Part shown: in pieces, positions 32,033-42,308 of the stretch
Layout of the letters: every line of letters begins with the position of its first letter
Numbering within the stretch: position 1 is the stretch's first letter
Source of the DNA: Abditibacteriaceae bacterium
GTDB taxonomy: Bacteria > Armatimonadota > Abditibacteriia > Abditibacteriales > Abditibacteriaceae
NCBI GenBank assembly: GCA_965277285.1
Contig: OZ255721.1
Coordinates: forward strand, 544,001 to 608,000
Direction of reading: 5' to 3'
DNA: 64,000 bases
The notes under the pieces: model-generated
Told to the model about the DNA's origin: nothing
Databases searched by the model: none
Seen by the model: only the letters and a program-made list of their open reading frames with translations
Position numbers and translations under genes: made by a program

Positions 32033-33505
32033 ATGATTTTGAAAATTGAACCTTACGCCGGTCTCGAACCCGCGCAACTGTGGCGCCATTTTGCGGCGCT
32101 CAACGCGATTCCGCGACCTTCGGGTCAAGAAGCGGCGGCACGCGCTTATGTTCGACAAATCGCGCAAAGCGTTAGTGCAACATACAACGAAGATGCGGCG
32201 GGCAACCTCGTGGTTCGCGTCGCGGCACAAAATGGCGGCTCGGCTGATGCGCCGATTGTCGCCATTCAATCGCATTTGGATATGGTTTGCGAAAAGCGCC
32301 CCGATGTGCAACACGATTTTGCTGTCGATGCGATTCAAACGCGACGCGAAGGCGACCTGATTTTGGCGAACGGCACCACGCTGGGAGCGGATAACGGCAT
32401 CGGAGCCGCCGCAGCGCTGGCTCTTTTGACAGAACCGAACTTGCGACACGGACGATTGGAACTGATTTTTACGGTCGAAGAGGAAACCGGCTTGCATGGC
32501 GCAATGGCGATTGATGCGGCTCTCCTCGAAGCGACGATGCTGATCAACCTGGATTCGGAAGACCCCGATGAACTGACTATCGGTTGTGCCGGAGGCGCCA
32601 CAACCGTGCTCTATCTGCCGCTGGAGCGTGAAGCTGCGCCTGTCAATTGGACGATGTGCGAAGTGCGCGTCGGCGGCTTGAAAGGTGGGCACAGCGGCGT
32701 CCAAATTCACGAACCTTTGGCGAATGCGATCAAGTTGCTGACTAATCTGCTGCAATCGCTTCCACAACAGACTTCGTTTCGTTTAGTCGAAATGACGGGC
32801 GGCAGCGCGCATAACGCGATACCACGCGATACCACCGCGCATATCGTTGTGGCGCCAGACGCGATTCCAATCCTTGAAAAAAACGTTGAGGAAGCTTGTG
32901 AACGACTCCGCGTGCAATGGACAAACGATGAGCCAGGTTTAACCGTCGAATTGCGCGTGGTCGAGGAAAAGTTCGTGTCCTTTGTTCTCACTGCGATGTC
33001 GCAGGAAAAGTTGCTTCGTTTGTTGAACGATTTGCCGCATGGCGTGCTGGCGATGAGCGATCATTTTCCTGGCAAGGTGCAAACTTCGACCAATTTATCG
33101 AACGTTGAAACGCAACTCGACCAGGCCGAAATCGCCACCAGCAGCCGCAGTTTCGTGGCAACGGAATTACAAAACGTTCAGCAGCAAATTCAAAGCATCG
33201 GGAATAAGTCAGGCGCAAAGGTCGAAAGGCGCGATGGATATCCAGGCTGGGAACCCAACGCCAATTCGCGGTTGCTTGAAGTGACCAAAGCGGCTTACCG
33301 ACAAGTGGTTGGAAAACCGGCGCAAGTCGAAGTCGTTCATGCCGGGCTGGAATGCGGCGTCATTTTGTCGTGCAAGCCAGGCATGGAAGCGATCTCCTTT
33401 GGCCCATTAATTCGAGGTGCGCATTCGCCCGAAGAATGCGTCGCCATTTCCACTGTAGCGCCGACCTGGAAATTGCTGACCACTTTACTGGCGGATTTGA
33501 GTTGA
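32033..33505 (+). CDS. pepD: Aminoacyl-histidine dipeptidase (M20)
   Basis: IPRPSGQE, QSHLDMV, TLGADNGIG, EEETG, NLDSED, GGHSG, HAGLECG, HSPEE. Confidence 0.93.
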   Translation: MILKIEPYAGLEPAQLWRHFAALNAIPRPSGQEAAARAYVRQIAQSVSATYNEDAAGNLVVRVAAQNGGSADAPIVAIQSHLDMVCEKRPDVQHDFAVDAIQTRREGDLILANGTTLGADNGIGAAAALALLTEPNLRHGRLELIFTVEEETGLHGAMAIDAALLEATMLINLDSEDPDELTIGCAGGATTVLYLPLEREAAPVNWTMCEVRVGGLKGGHSGVQIHEPLANAIKLLTNLLQSLPQQTSFRLVEMTGGSAHNAIPRDTTAHIVVAPDAIPILEKNVEEACERLRVQWTNDEPGLTVELRVVEEKFVSFVLTAMSQEKLLRLLNDLPHGVLAMSDHFPGKVQTSTNLSNVETQLDQAEIATSSRSFVATELQNVQQQIQSIGNKSGAKVERRDGYPGWEPNANSRLLEVTKAAYRQVVGKPAQVEVVHAGLECGVILSCKPGMEAISFGPLIRGAHSPEECVAISTVAPTWKLLTTLLADLS

Positions 33506-33520
33506 GGAAAGCAAGGGAAA

Positions 33521-34039
33521 TCAGGCGGAATAGCCACAGCGTTGCAAAAACCGCGCAAGATTATTGTTATCATTGCGCGCCTTCAGGCCAAGAGCGTAAC
33601 TCATTTGCGCAGCGACAGCTAAAGCCAGCAGGTTGGCAACGGTAGCAAAAACGATGCGGGGCAAAGTGAAAAAGCCGGAACCGCGATGCAGGAGGTGAGG
33701 AGTCGTTTTTCCATATATGATCCACGCTACTGCCAATACGAACAGAATGGAAATCTCCATTGCGTAACAAAAGAAAGTTGCCTGCGCGAAATGCTTTTCT
33801 TCTCCGTCGGGCGCCCCAAAAGTCGAGAAAGCCACGCCCAGACCGGTGCTACAAGGCAAGACGAAAAACAACAGATAGATCAATGCCACAACTGAAAACT
33901 GGTGGAACGATAGAGGCCGACCAGAAAATTGCCGCAGCAGAACACCAATGAAAAACGGCACGCCGAGGATAAAGCCGACAATGGCTTGGCTTATTTTGTG
34001 GTTTTTAGAGCCAATCTTCCAGGCTGCTTCGCTCATCAT
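33521..34039 (-). CDS. Hypothetical membrane protein (about 4 TM)
   Basis: Hydrophobic 172-aa ORF with SD aagga. Confidence 0.65.
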   Translation of the reverse strand: MMSEAAWKIGSKNHKISQAIVGFILGVPFFIGVLLRQFSGRPLSFHQFSVVALIYLLFFVLPCSTGLGVAFSTFGAPDGEEKHFAQATFFCYAMEISILFVLAVAWIIYGKTTPHLLHRGSGFFTLPRIVFATVANLLALAVAAQMSYALGLKARNDNNNLARFLQRCGYSA

Positions 34040-34109
34040 TTTTCCTTGAGGACATCCGCAGTTTCAATTTCGATCAAAAATTTTGCCACTTGAAACCAGG
34101 TATACCGGC

Positions 34110-34115
34110 TATAAT
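34110..34115 (+). promoter_or_regulatory. -10 element (TATAAT) upstream of the tRNA
   Basis: Perfect TATAAT 57 bp before the tRNA; no canonical -35 at 17 bp. Confidence 0.5.
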
Positions 34116-34171
34116 GTCTCGCATGAACGCCATGAGACTTCAACGAATAAGCCCGTGCTCATTTTCGGCAC

Positions 34172-34244
34172 GGGCTTATAGCTCAATGGTCAGAGCACCA
34201 CTCTTATAAAGTGGCGGTTGCCGGTTCGAGTCCGGCTAAGCCTA
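34172..34244 (+). tRNA. tRNA-Ile (anticodon UAU), CCA not encoded
   Basis: Cloverleaf: GGGCTTA/TAAGCCT acceptor, GCTC/GAGC D-stem, CCACT/AGTGG anticodon stem with loop CTTATAA (TAT at 34205-34207), GCCGG-TTCGAGT-CCGGC T-arm, A73. Confidence 0.92.
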
Positions 34245-34619
34245 TTTTCGCAACATCGAGTACTCGAATGATTCGCTCTTTTAACCAGGATTCGACCTAC
34301 GCTTCGCTGTACATTTAAATCTTCTTCGCTTCTTTGTGCACCCACAGCATTGGACATCAAATGCGTTGTGCGAGTCGATAGAACCGCTGCTGCTCGTTGG
34401 ATAGAAGAGAGTGCGCCAAGTCGCTCAGGCCTTTGGCTAAAACGCCCACATCTATTATCCACAAACAAAACCACCGACCTATCGAAAAGACAGGTCGGTG
34501 GTTCGGAACTCAGTCTGGCTTCAAAACCTTACGAGCGGGATGAAGAAGTTACTGGGCACCTTGAAAAACAAGGTATCGAGTACTCTATAAAGCGTTGTAA
34601 TAAGGTCTTGAGATCTGTT

Positions 34620-37600
34620 TTATGCAGAGGCTCCAATGGCGCGCAAGGTGAAGGCTCCTGACAACGACTGACCTTTCTTAGCGTCGATATTGTGGTTGTC
34701 AACCCAACTGCCGCTCAAGCCCCGCAGACCCGCCACTTCGCGGGAAGCGAACAAAGTCGTGCTGGCGCTGCCAGGATTGGCGCGACCAATTAAAGACTGA
34801 CCTTGTGGCAACAATGCGACACCAAATCCCGCGGCGTCCGTAAGCGTGAGCCAATGCAGATTGCGCTTTGACGCCCGGAAAAGAACATCGCCCGACTGGC
34901 TCGTTCCGCTTGGCTCGCCCAAATGTCCGGCAGGGTAATCGAGAAAGTAGGGATCGCGCTGCCAATTCATTGTCGATAGGCTGGTGGGGACGGACAGCTT
35001 TAGCCCGGATTCCCACAAGCGCGCGTCGGGCGCCGTCCAATCCAATTTCCAACTCACGCGCATTTCCGCATTGGCCGCGATGTCGTAGGTGCAAGTCAAT
35101 GTTCCCAAAGCTGAACCATCAGCGCCGTTTCGCACGTCGCTGACGACATTAACACGTATAGAGCCACCGCTTCCCGCAGTTGAAGTGACTTGCGCACCTT
35201 CAGTGACAGGCGGCTGAGACGATTGGAAGTAACCGCCTTCATTGCCGGCCTTGGCTTCGCCCAAATTCACGATGGGGCCGCCCACGAGCAGATTCCGCTT
35301 GCCGATGCGCCATGAACGAATTGTTCCCGAGTGCTTGTCGAAGAGAACTTCCTGCAAACCATTGGCGACGCGCAAAGTATCGGCGCCATCCTGCGTTGTC
35401 AAAGGTGCACCCGCCGCGAGCGCTGCCGGTGGCGGAGCAAGAGCAATTCCATCAACTGGAAGGTTCGCGCTCGATACCGATCTCCCATCGGGGTGAATGA
35501 ATTCCAGGCGCAGTGTCGTCATGCCTGCGGGCGCCGGAAAACTGGCCTGAACGCTTTGCATCGGCGCGCAAGGAATGTGCAAGGTGCCACTGCGCAGAAC
35601 CGTCTTTCCCTGCAAGGCGATCCAACGGCAGGACAACTCGGCGAGATCGGTGAACGAGTAGTGGTTGGTGAGCGGGACGGTGCAAGTTCCAGTACTCGAT
35701 TGGACGCTGCGCGCTCCGACTACGACCGGGCTGTAGGCCATCCTCACAATCCACCATTCGGGCTTGGGATTGCGGTAACCGTCCACAATGCCCTTATTGT
35801 TTTCCTGACGCAGACGATCGGGGCCGTACCAGAACTCGCGGGTTTTATCGGCGTTTTTGTCGGCGACGCCCTGGCTCTGCCATTCCCAGATGAACGATCC
35901 GAGCAAGTTGGGAGCAGGCCACAACTTGTTCCATGTCTTGATCAGCGTTTCCGACCACAAATCGGAGACGCCAGGATCGTAATCCTGCGCTTCCTTTTCG
36001 TAAAAGGTGTGCGGATGCTCTGTGTAGTTGACCGGCCAGCGAACGTTGGTTTGATTGGTGTCCCGATCCACCGTATCCGGGCCGGGATAATGATCGTCCT
36101 TCCACTCTTGTCCTTTGGCACTTTCGGGATCCTGGCCTGAAACAAAGGCTGGCCGCGTCGGGTCGGTACGCTTGACCAGATCGATCACCAGTTGAGAGTC
36201 CTGTCCCATCGGGTTTTCGTTGCCCAAACTCCAGGCCAGTACGCAAGGCCGGTTCTTATCGCGCGCAACGGTTTCCTGAGCGCGCTGCAACAAGTAAGGC
36301 GCATAGGCCAGGTCTTTTACGCTGTCGTTAATCCAACAGTAGGGAACCTCGTCCAGAATATACATGCCCTTCTCATCGCACAATTCCAGAAAGCGCGCGG
36401 CGTGGTTGTAGTGCGAAGTGCGGACGGCGTTGATATTGGCCGCCTTCATCATATTCAAGTCACGGTTCCACTCGATGTCGGTCAGGGCGAAACCTTTATC
36501 GGCCCAGAAATCGTGACGGCAGATGCCAGTGCATTTGATCGGCTGACCATTCCACAGCACAACGTTGTTCTTGATTTCTATTTGCCGAAATCCGAAACGC
36601 TGCTCGACGCGCTCCACAGCTTTGCCGCCGCTCGAAAGTTCGAGCACGACGTAATAAAGATTCGGCTTTTCTGCCGACCACAATCGGGGAGCCGTCACCG
36701 GCGCGCTCAAGGAAACATCGGTCGTTCCAGCGCTTCCTACCAGGCCTTGTCCTGAAAGCTGCACGCCGGTCGCTTTGCCGCTGGAATCGACCAAATGTCC
36801 CGTAATGGAAACGGCCTGACCCGGAGTTCCCATCACCTGCACTTGAGTGAGCAGGGTGGCGTCCCGATAGTTCGGAGCGAGGGGCGTGCGTACCGTAATA
36901 TCATGAACGTGCGTTTGCGGAACGGCGATGAGCGAAGTGTCGCGGTAAATGCCACCCATCGACTGAAAATCGCCGGTGTCGGCATCGAATGAAGGCGTCA
37001 TCTTGGAAACGCGCACCGCCAGTAAATTGCGCTGTCCTGGCTTGATCAATCCGGTCAAATCGACCTGAAAAGCCGTGTAGCCGCTTTCGTGATAACCCGC
37101 TCTTTGCCCGTTGACGAACACTTCGGCGCCATCCAAAGCGCCATCGAAATGCCAGTAAATTCGCTTGCCCGTCCACGTCTTCGGAACGGTGATGCTGCGC
37201 CGATACAACCCTACCGTGTTATCCACGGAATCGTAGGTCGGGAGCGAATAGCCCAGCATTTCCCAGTTGGAAGGAACTGGAATGTTGTCCCACTTCGCGT
37301 CGACAAGGCTTGGCGCGGCGAAGGCATCACGCACGGACTGGTTCACGGCCATTGGGGTTGGCGGTTTCCACAAAGATTCTCGGCCATTTTCCAGCGTGCG
37401 AATTTGAAGCTCGCGGATGGACGCCCATCTGCCGCCGCTGACTGCCGAGATCGTCACGCGAACATAACGCACATCGGCGGATTGGACAGTGATTGGCCCG
37501 TCGCCAACTCCCGGCGCGGCGGATGCATCGGCCAGCGTAACCCACTGCCCTGCGTTGCGTTCCTTGCGCCCCTGAATGCGGTACTGGTAGAGGGTATTTG

Positions 37601-38057
37601 GATATTCCCAGGTAATCCCGATGTTCTGGACGTGATGGACTTTGCCCAGATCGGCTTCGAGCCACTGCGGGACATCGCCGCTGCTGGCGCACCAGCGCGT
37701 GGCCTGGTCGCCGTCAAAGGCCAGTGCAGGTGCATTGTTTCCTTCAGTACTCGATGCATCGAAAGAACCCGGAACGCCCGGCTCGAACTGACCCGCATTG
37801 ATGCGCCCATGCGTCAATTGGAACTTCCATGTCCCGGTCAAGGACAAGTTCCACGGGTTGTTGGCGCGCAGCACGTTGGGCGCAACGGCAACCGCTCCCG
37901 GTAAGGGCAGTGGCAGCGAAGCCGGAGCAACGCGCCCTACATCCTGGGCCAGCGATGGAACGGCCAACGCTGGCAGGAGCAACAGCGACAGTGATGCCGC
38001 AATACGGCGCGAGAGGCGAGCGGTTTTGAGTCTTTTGCTACGGGACTGAAAAATCAT
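34620..38057 (-). CDS. Secreted GH2 beta-galactosidase-like glycosidase with F5/8 type C (CBM32-like) insert
   Basis: Signal peptide; VPSNWE, GGIYRD, LWSAEKPNLY, INAVRTSHY, WSLGNE; AFDGDQATRW...WLEADLG; ATGA overlap with the araH stop. Confidence 0.9.
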   Translation of the reverse strand: MIFQSRSKRLKTARLSRRIAASLSLLLLPALAVPSLAQDVGRVAPASLPLPLPGAVAVAPNVLRANNPWNLSLTGTWKFQLTHGRINAGQFEPGVPGSFDASSTEGNNAPALAFDGDQATRWCASSGDVPQWLEADLGKVHHVQNIGITWEYPNTLYQYRIQGRKERNAGQWVTLADASAAPGVGDGPITVQSADVRYVRVTISAVSGGRWASIRELQIRTLENGRESLWKPPTPMAVNQSVRDAFAAPSLVDAKWDNIPVPSNWEMLGYSLPTYDSVDNTVGLYRRSITVPKTWTGKRIYWHFDGALDGAEVFVNGQRAGYHESGYTAFQVDLTGLIKPGQRNLLAVRVSKMTPSFDADTGDFQSMGGIYRDTSLIAVPQTHVHDITVRTPLAPNYRDATLLTQVQVMGTPGQAVSITGHLVDSSGKATGVQLSGQGLVGSAGTTDVSLSAPVTAPRLWSAEKPNLYYVVLELSSGGKAVERVEQRFGFRQIEIKNNVVLWNGQPIKCTGICRHDFWADKGFALTDIEWNRDLNMMKAANINAVRTSHYNHAARFLELCDEKGMYILDEVPYCWINDSVKDLAYAPYLLQRAQETVARDKNRPCVLAWSLGNENPMGQDSQLVIDLVKRTDPTRPAFVSGQDPESAKGQEWKDDHYPGPDTVDRDTNQTNVRWPVNYTEHPHTFYEKEAQDYDPGVSDLWSETLIKTWNKLWPAPNLLGSFIWEWQSQGVADKNADKTREFWYGPDRLRQENNKGIVDGYRNPKPEWWIVRMAYSPVVVGARSVQSSTGTCTVPLTNHYSFTDLAELSCRWIALQGKTVLRSGTLHIPCAPMQSVQASFPAPAGMTTLRLEFIHPDGRSVSSANLPVDGIALAPPPAALAAGAPLTTQDGADTLRVANGLQEVLFDKHSGTIRSWRIGKRNLLVGGPIVNLGEAKAGNEGGYFQSSQPPVTEGAQVTSTAGSGGSIRVNVVSDVRNGADGSALGTLTCTYDIAANAEMRVSWKLDWTAPDARLWESGLKLSVPTSLSTMNWQRDPYFLDYPAGHLGEPSGTSQSGDVLFRASKRNLHWLTLTDAAGFGVALLPQGQSLIGRANPGSASTTLFASREVAGLRGLSGSWVDNHNIDAKKGQSLSGAFTLRAIGASA

Positions 38058-39058
38058 CGTGTTCCTTTTTGCTTCAGGCGGTCTAATAAAACGGCAGCCA
38101 GCAAAATGCCGCCAGAGGCAATGTATTGGTAAAAAGGCGGGATATTGAGCAAGTTCATGGCGTTTTGCACGGTGCCCATAATCAGCGCGCCCACAATAAC
38201 CGCGAGGATAGAGCCAACGCCGCCAGTAAGCGAGACGCCGCCTAAAACGCACGCCGAAATGACCTGAAGTTCCAGGCCTTGCGCGGTGCTGGGTTGACCC
38301 GAAGTGAGACGCGACGCCAAAATGACGCCCGCAAATCCGGCGACCAAACCTTGCAGGGTAAAAATAATGATTTTAGTGCGCGTGACGGGAATGCCCGCCA
38401 GTCGAGACGCTTCCGCGTTGCCGCCAATTGCCAGCGTGTTGCGACCGAAGATCGTCTTGCTCAGTAGAAAACCGAACACAATGAAACAAGCGATCATAAT
38501 CCACACCGGCGTTGGAATGCCCAGCATGCTGGAAATACCGAGCACGAAAAAATTGCTTTCCGTGACGCCAACAGCTTTGCCATCCGAAACGATGTAAGCC
38601 AGTCCGCGCACGATTTGCATCGTCGCCAATGTGGTAATCAGCGCGTTGATGCCCAACTTGGCGATGACGGAACCGTTCACCAATCCGACAGCGCCGCCCG
38701 CCAAGATTCCGGCCAAAATCCCCAGGAAGACGTTGCCCGTGGCATTCACAACCACCGCCGCCAAAACGCCCGAAAGCGCGACGATGGAGCCGACCGACAA
38801 ATCGAAATCGCCCGATGCCAGGCAAAACAACATGGTGCAGGCGATGATACCCACCGTCGCCACCGACAGCCCCAGACCTTTCATGTTGACCCAGGAGAAA
38901 AAGTTGGGGACAAACAGCGATGTCAGCGCGAAAAGCACCAGAAAGACAATCAACATCCCCGAGCTTTGCCAGAGCGCCGCCACATCGGGACGAGTACGCA
39001 CGGTCGGTATCGATTCGGCAGCAGCGGCAGGCGGTGAAGAAAGTGTCGGAGAGTTCAT
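38054..39058 (-). CDS. araH: L-arabinose ABC transporter permease
   Basis: GMLIVFLVLF, LASGDFDLSVGS, INALITTLATMQIVRGLAYIVSDGKAVG, VISACVLGGVSL. Confidence 0.9.
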   Translation of the reverse strand: MNSPTLSSPPAAAAESIPTVRTRPDVAALWQSSGMLIVFLVLFALTSLFVPNFFSWVNMKGLGLSVATVGIIACTMLFCLASGDFDLSVGSIVALSGVLAAVVVNATGNVFLGILAGILAGGAVGLVNGSVIAKLGINALITTLATMQIVRGLAYIVSDGKAVGVTESNFFVLGISSMLGIPTPVWIMIACFIVFGFLLSKTIFGRNTLAIGGNAEASRLAGIPVTRTKIIIFTLQGLVAGFAGVILASRLTSGQPSTAQGLELQVISACVLGGVSLTGGVGSILAVIVGALIMGTVQNAMNLLNIPPFYQYIASGGILLAAVLLDRLKQKGTR

Positions 39059-39144
39059 AAAGGTAGATTCAACGATAAGTTCAACGAGCAATCGTGTCAG
39101 TTGGCAATCGAGTACTCGATAGGGTTGTTCCGCCGCATCCCGGT

Positions 39145-40674
39145 TCAACGAGCAACCGTTTCGACAGCCGGAGCAAGATTTTCGACCGGCAAAGCCATTT
39201 GCAACGCCTTTTCCGGCGTGGCCTGTTCGCGCGAAAGCTCGCCCACCAGTTGCCCTTGGCGCATCACGAAAAGGCGGTCGCAAATGCCCAGCACTTCAGG
39301 AAGTTCGCTGGAAACCACAACCACGCCGATGCCTTGTTGCGCCAGGTCGTAAATGATGTTGTAAATCTCGCTTTTGGCGCCGACATCAATGCCTCGCGTC
39401 GGCTCATCGAGCAAAATCACCTTGACTTCTTCGCTGAGCCAGCGCGCTAAAATAACTTTTTGCTGGTTACCGCCCGATAAATTAACAATAAGCTGCGAAG
39501 GCGAAGGCGTTTTGACACTCAGTTTGCGGATGTAATCGAGCGCGTTGGCTCGTTCACGTTTTTCATCGATCCAAAAACCCAGACCGGAAAAGTGGCGCCG
39601 ACCACTGAGGTTGAGGTTCTCCTGGACGGAGCGCACACCAATAATACCTTCGCCTTTGCGATCTTCGGGGCAAAAAACGATGCCTGTGCGGATGGCATTG
39701 CGCGGCGTCTTGACGTTGACCGCGATGCCTTGAACCTCGATTTGACCTGCCGTTTTGCGGACGGCGCCATAAAGCAGCTTCATCAATTCGCTGCGTCCGG
39801 CGCCCACCAAGCCGAAGAAACCCACAATTTCGCCACGCTTCACTTCAAAACTGACCGGTGCGGCGAGTCCCGGCCCCATTAAATCTTGGACTTTGAGCGC
39901 CGTCTCGCCGTGGGGACGCGGGCTGTAGTTCCAAATGTTCTCAATCGAGCGCCCGACCATGCGTTGCACCAGCGTATCGGGCGAGACGCCTTCGAGAGAC
40001 TCGAAAGTTTCCACATGGCGCCCATCGCGGAACACCGTGGCCGCGTCGCACAGGCTGAAAATCTCATCCATGCGATGGGAAACGTAAAGGATCACTTTTC
40101 CCTGCCGCTTGAGTTCGGCAATCACAGCGAACAAATGCTCGACTTCGCGGGTGGAAAGACTGGAAGTCGGTTCATCGAAGGCGATCACCGTCGCGTCGTG
40201 CGACAACGCCTTGGCGATTTCGACCATCTGGCGTTGCGCCAATGACAAACTACTGACACGGGCGTTCGGGTCGATGGCTTCGCCCAACATTTCGAGTTGA
40301 CGGCGCGTTCGCTGAAGCAACTCGCCGCGCTTAACGATGCCCAGATGACCTGGCAAATGACCCAAAAACAAATTTTCGGCCACGCTCATTTCGGGGACAA
40401 GATGCAATTCCTGGTAGATAACGGCCACGCCAGCCGCGATTGCTTCCGACGTATTGCGAAAAACGTGCGGCGTGCCATCAATAGATAAAGTGCCGCCATT
40501 AGGACGGTAAGCGCCGCTCAAAATCTTGAGAAGCGTGCTTTTTCCGGCGCCATTTTCACCCAACAAAGCGTGAATGCTGCCCTGGCGCACACCAAACGAC
40601 ACCGCGTCCAGAGCGCGCACGCCGGGGAAGGTTTTCGTGACTTCTTCAAATTGTAAATAAGGAGAATGAGCCAA
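39145..40674 (-). CDS. araG: L-arabinose ABC transporter ATP-binding protein
   Basis: TFPGVRALD, GENGAGKST, YQELHLVPEMSVAEN, LSGGNQQK, DEPTRGIDVGAK; TTG start with SD gaagga. Confidence 0.92.
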   Translation of the reverse strand: MAHSPYLQFEEVTKTFPGVRALDAVSFGVRQGSIHALLGENGAGKSTLLKILSGAYRPNGGTLSIDGTPHVFRNTSEAIAAGVAVIYQELHLVPEMSVAENLFLGHLPGHLGIVKRGELLQRTRRQLEMLGEAIDPNARVSSLSLAQRQMVEIAKALSHDATVIAFDEPTSSLSTREVEHLFAVIAELKRQGKVILYVSHRMDEIFSLCDAATVFRDGRHVETFESLEGVSPDTLVQRMVGRSIENIWNYSPRPHGETALKVQDLMGPGLAAPVSFEVKRGEIVGFFGLVGAGRSELMKLLYGAVRKTAGQIEVQGIAVNVKTPRNAIRTGIVFCPEDRKGEGIIGVRSVQENLNLSGRRHFSGLGFWIDEKRERANALDYIRKLSVKTPSPSQLIVNLSGGNQQKVILARWLSEEVKVILLDEPTRGIDVGAKSEIYNIIYDLAQQGIGVVVVSSELPEVLGICDRLFVMRQGQLVGELSREQATPEKALQMALPVENLAPAVETVAR

Positions 40675-40807
40675 AGATTCCTTCTTGAAACCCGGGCGGA
40701 TTTACCAGCGTTCACGTCGTTGTGTGGCGCTTATCGAGTACTCGATTGCCGGAACACAGGGCAAAATAAGCTCGCCGTGATGTCAGCGTTTAGAACTATC
40801 CGAAGAA

Positions 40808-40886
40808 GGCAACCACAAGGGTTGCCCCTACAAGCAAATTTATCGTAGGGGCAACCCTTGTGGTTGCCCAAATGTGGTTGCCCAAA
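40808..40886. repeat. GTAG-type REP doublet with a partial extra unit
   Basis: ggcaaccacaagggttgcccctac ... gtaggggcaacccttgtggttgccc, then tgtggttgccc repeated. Confidence 0.85.
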
Positions 40887-40928
40887 GCCTACGCGAATCT
40901 GGCTGTTTTCGTCTATTCGGACAGGCGC

Positions 40929-41996
40929 TTAGTAGTCCAAGCCTTCCGCCTTCATTTTTTCTTTGTAGTTGTCGCGCGTAATGAGTTGGCCAGTGGTGAA
41001 AGTTTCTTTGGGCGGTTCCTTGCCATCTTTAACCCACTTATAAAGCATTTCGGTCGTCTCGAAACCATGACGACGCGGCGAAATCAGCATGCTGCCGAAG
41101 AAACCTGTCGGCTTGGCTTTTTTGAAATCTTCCACGCCCGTGCTGCCGCCGATGCCGATGCCGATCACATTATCCGCAGTTAACCCACTGCCTTCCATCG
41201 CTCGGATTGCGCCTAAAACGGCCTCATCGTTCATGCCCAACACCAGCCATTTCTTGACATTGCCGTGCTGCGTCAGCACGATATTGGCGGCGTCGAAACC
41301 TCCGGGCGTGTCGCTTGTTTTCTGGGCGCCTTTGTAAATCTGGCCTGCAGGAAAACCGCCCGCCGTCAAAGCCTCGATAGCTCCATCGGTGCGTTCGCGC
41401 GCTGTATCGAGTTCCTCGAACGTCATGGCGCAAACTCCCACTTCGCTTGGATTCCAGCCGCGTTTTTTCATCTCGGCGAGCAACCCTTTGCCGACGTTTT
41501 TGCCGATTTCATGTGCAGAAATGCCCATGTAAGGCACATCCATAGGTTTGCCACCAGCGCCCACAAAACGATCATCGACGGTGAAAATCTTGAGATTATC
41601 GGCTTGCGCCTTAGCCACAATCGCCGGGCCGAGTTTTACATCGGGTGTGCAAATTACGAAGCCCTGCGCGCCCTGTGCGGCCAGGTTGTCGATAGCCGAA
41701 AGAGCCTTTTCTCCATCCGGCGCGCCAATTTTAATCAGCGAAAACTGGTATTTGCTGGCGGCTTGATCGGCGAACTTCCATTCGTTTTGAAACCATGGTT
41801 CTTCAGGTTGCTTGACCAGAAAGCCAAGTTTGATATTGCTTGACGAAGTGCCCGATGCTGTGGAACTGCCTGTGGGTGATGTCCCTTTGTTGCAGCCTTG
41901 AACCAAGAGCAAAGCGGTCGCAAACAAAGGAGCAGCCAGGCCAAACCGCATGGCGACTTTGACTTTGATTCCGGCTTTCAGTGATGGGATGTTCAT
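40929..41996 (-). CDS. araF: L-arabinose-binding protein (probable lipoprotein)
   Basis: KLGFLVKQPEEPWFQNEWKFA, PDGEKALSAIDNL, ICTPDVKLGPAI typical of AraF; lipobox-like VQGC. Confidence 0.92.
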   Translation of the reverse strand: MNIPSLKAGIKVKVAMRFGLAAPLFATALLLVQGCNKGTSPTGSSTASGTSSSNIKLGFLVKQPEEPWFQNEWKFADQAASKYQFSLIKIGAPDGEKALSAIDNLAAQGAQGFVICTPDVKLGPAIVAKAQADNLKIFTVDDRFVGAGGKPMDVPYMGISAHEIGKNVGKGLLAEMKKRGWNPSEVGVCAMTFEELDTARERTDGAIEALTAGGFPAGQIYKGAQKTSDTPGGFDAANIVLTQHGNVKKWLVLGMNDEAVLGAIRAMEGSGLTADNVIGIGIGGSTGVEDFKKAKPTGFFGSMLISPRRHGFETTEMLYKWVKDGKEPPKETFTTGQLITRDNYKEKMKAEGLDY

Positions 41997-42026
41997 GATG
42001 GGAGAACCTAATTATAACATTCTCTT

Positions 42027-42073
42027 GTTAACGTTAACCAGCGAGATTATATCAAATAGTCTATATCGTGCAA
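42027..42073 (-). promoter_or_regulatory. araF promoter (TTGCAC-N16-TATAAT) with downstream LacI-type operator GTTAACGTTAAC (42027-42038)
   Basis: Perfect 12-bp palindrome with central CG just downstream of the minus-strand TATAAT (42046-42051). Confidence 0.72.
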
Positions 42074-42308
42074 GATTTTTTCGCTGTGCTGGGACAAAGA
42101 ACTCGAATTCCCCAAAGCGCAATAACCGTACAAGGCGTTGAACGTCGTTGCTTTGCTCTGCCTCAAAAACTAATTATAGGCGAATTTGCACCAGACTGGC
42201 AGCTGTTCTACCAATCATTTTAACTCGCCGCATCTCTCCTCTATGTCGGATTTATTAGGAACGAAATAAAAACTTTTCCTTCCATGTTTAGATTTCAACG
42301 AAAGTGGG

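Noticed and set aside
34245..34619. Integrase or att site after the tRNA marking the sugar cluster as an integrative element
   Set aside because: No integrase motif and no duplicated tRNA 3' end seen in the window; the short ORFs here are unconvincing
38058..38252. N-terminal extension of the GH2 ORF (likewise those of araH, the DUF1559 gene, the P-type ATPase and the transglutaminase fusion)
   Set aside because: They overlap neighbouring genes or intergenic DNA; downstream ATGs fit signal peptides, SD sites or gene boundaries better
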